DNA of 63,171 nt, the filler included, from Octopus bimaculoides (taxonomy: Eukaryota): the NCBI RefSeq assembly GCF_001194135.2. It is 5 parts of 4 records of this genome, joined end to end, with 100 filler letters (N's around TTAATTAATTAA, not from the genome) between each part and the next. Parts side by side here need not be neighbours in the genome. Positions count along the whole stretch, not along the records: positions 60,208 to 63,171 come from NC_068989.1; 4 more parts are not named here. One strand, 5' to 3'. Positions 62,429-63,171 of the stretch are shown piece by piece. Below the pieces are notes generated by a model. The model made no database searches and was not told the DNA's origin. It saw only the letters and a program-made list of their open reading frames with translations. Numbering within the stretch: position 1 is the stretch's first letter; each line of letters begins with the position of its first letter. The translations under genes were made by a program, and so were the position numbers.

Positions 62429-62899
62429 TCTAGGTAGGTGGCCCATCGAGCTGATAAAGTGTATACACACCATTTGTCGAGATGTATTTTCCGTGACAAA
62501 ACGCAGTGAGTCGCTTGTTCCTCAGTTCGAACATGCATCAAGCTTATTCGGACAGATAATTTATAAGGACTGTCCTATTTGTTCATCGAGGTATTTAGTT
62601 ATTCGATCAGCAAACAAAACCAGCGAAGACCCATTTACATTTGAATTTATGTATTTGCCTACCAGCCCATCTGTCTGTCTATTTATCTATCTGTCTGTCT
62701 GTCTCTTTTTTTATCTATATCATTTTATTTTATTTATATCAATATGTATACACACACACACACACACATACACAGACACACACGCTCACACCCACACACC
62801 CACACATATACCCATACACACACACATGTATATATATATATGTGTGTGTGTGTGCACAAAATATAAAAGACACAGGTAGCTTACACCAACTGTAGAGAT

Positions 62900-63171
62900 G
62901 TCAACAACAACAATAACAACACTACCGCCACAACCACCACCTCCCCTAACAAGAACAACAACAACACCAAGAACACCACTACAACCACCACCACTACAAC
63001 AACCACCACTACAACAACCATAACACCACTAAGTCACAACCACTGCAACCACTAGTAACATCAACAGCAACTGCAACACCACCCCACTACCACCACCACG
63101 CTTACACCCCACCGACAACACCACCACCACCACCACCGCCACCACCAGCACCACCACCAGCACCACCACCA
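62900..63171. repeat. Compound (AAC/ACC/AGC)n triplet repeat
   Basis: Direct reading. Confidence 0.9.

Noticed and set aside
144-63171. Most ORFs in the six-frame track (HT, CV, YI, LS, poly-T/S repeats and long X runs)
   Set aside because: Produced by microsatellites or by reading through N-gaps.

Overview
AT-rich animal genomic scaffold with many N-gaps, dominated by microsatellites and transposable-element debris. The repeat families and assembly style point to an octopus (Octopus bimaculoides-type draft); this is inference, not a database result. I found no host protein-coding gene I can support. The window reads as intergenic or deep intronic DNA, and almost all ORFs in the track come from microsatellites or gaps. 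It contains two Tc1 relics, one maT (DD37D) relic, two mariner relics, several MITEs (TA-type and hAT), a degraded Ty3/Gypsy provirus, a solo LTR, RTE and CR1-type LINE fragments, three Penelope-like GIY-YIG fragments, and about 25 copies of two SINE families. The most interesting signal is RNA structure: at least four unrelated hammerhead-ribozyme (HHR) families. One is a near-intact type I HHR with extended stem I (62353-62454, +). One is a minimal HHR carried inside a tRNA-headed SINE-like element (57151-57423, -). One is an HHR with an inverted broken twin (46179-46298). One is a two-copy family with a shared core variant (23294-23330, 40731-40767). Several long fold-back repeats would be dsRNA/ADAR substrates if transcribed. 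Assembly artefacts are present: TTAATTAATTAA gap linkers and an Illumina adapter remnant. All alignments and folds were done by eye; most boundaries are approximate to about 10 bp unless TIR/TSD positions are given.
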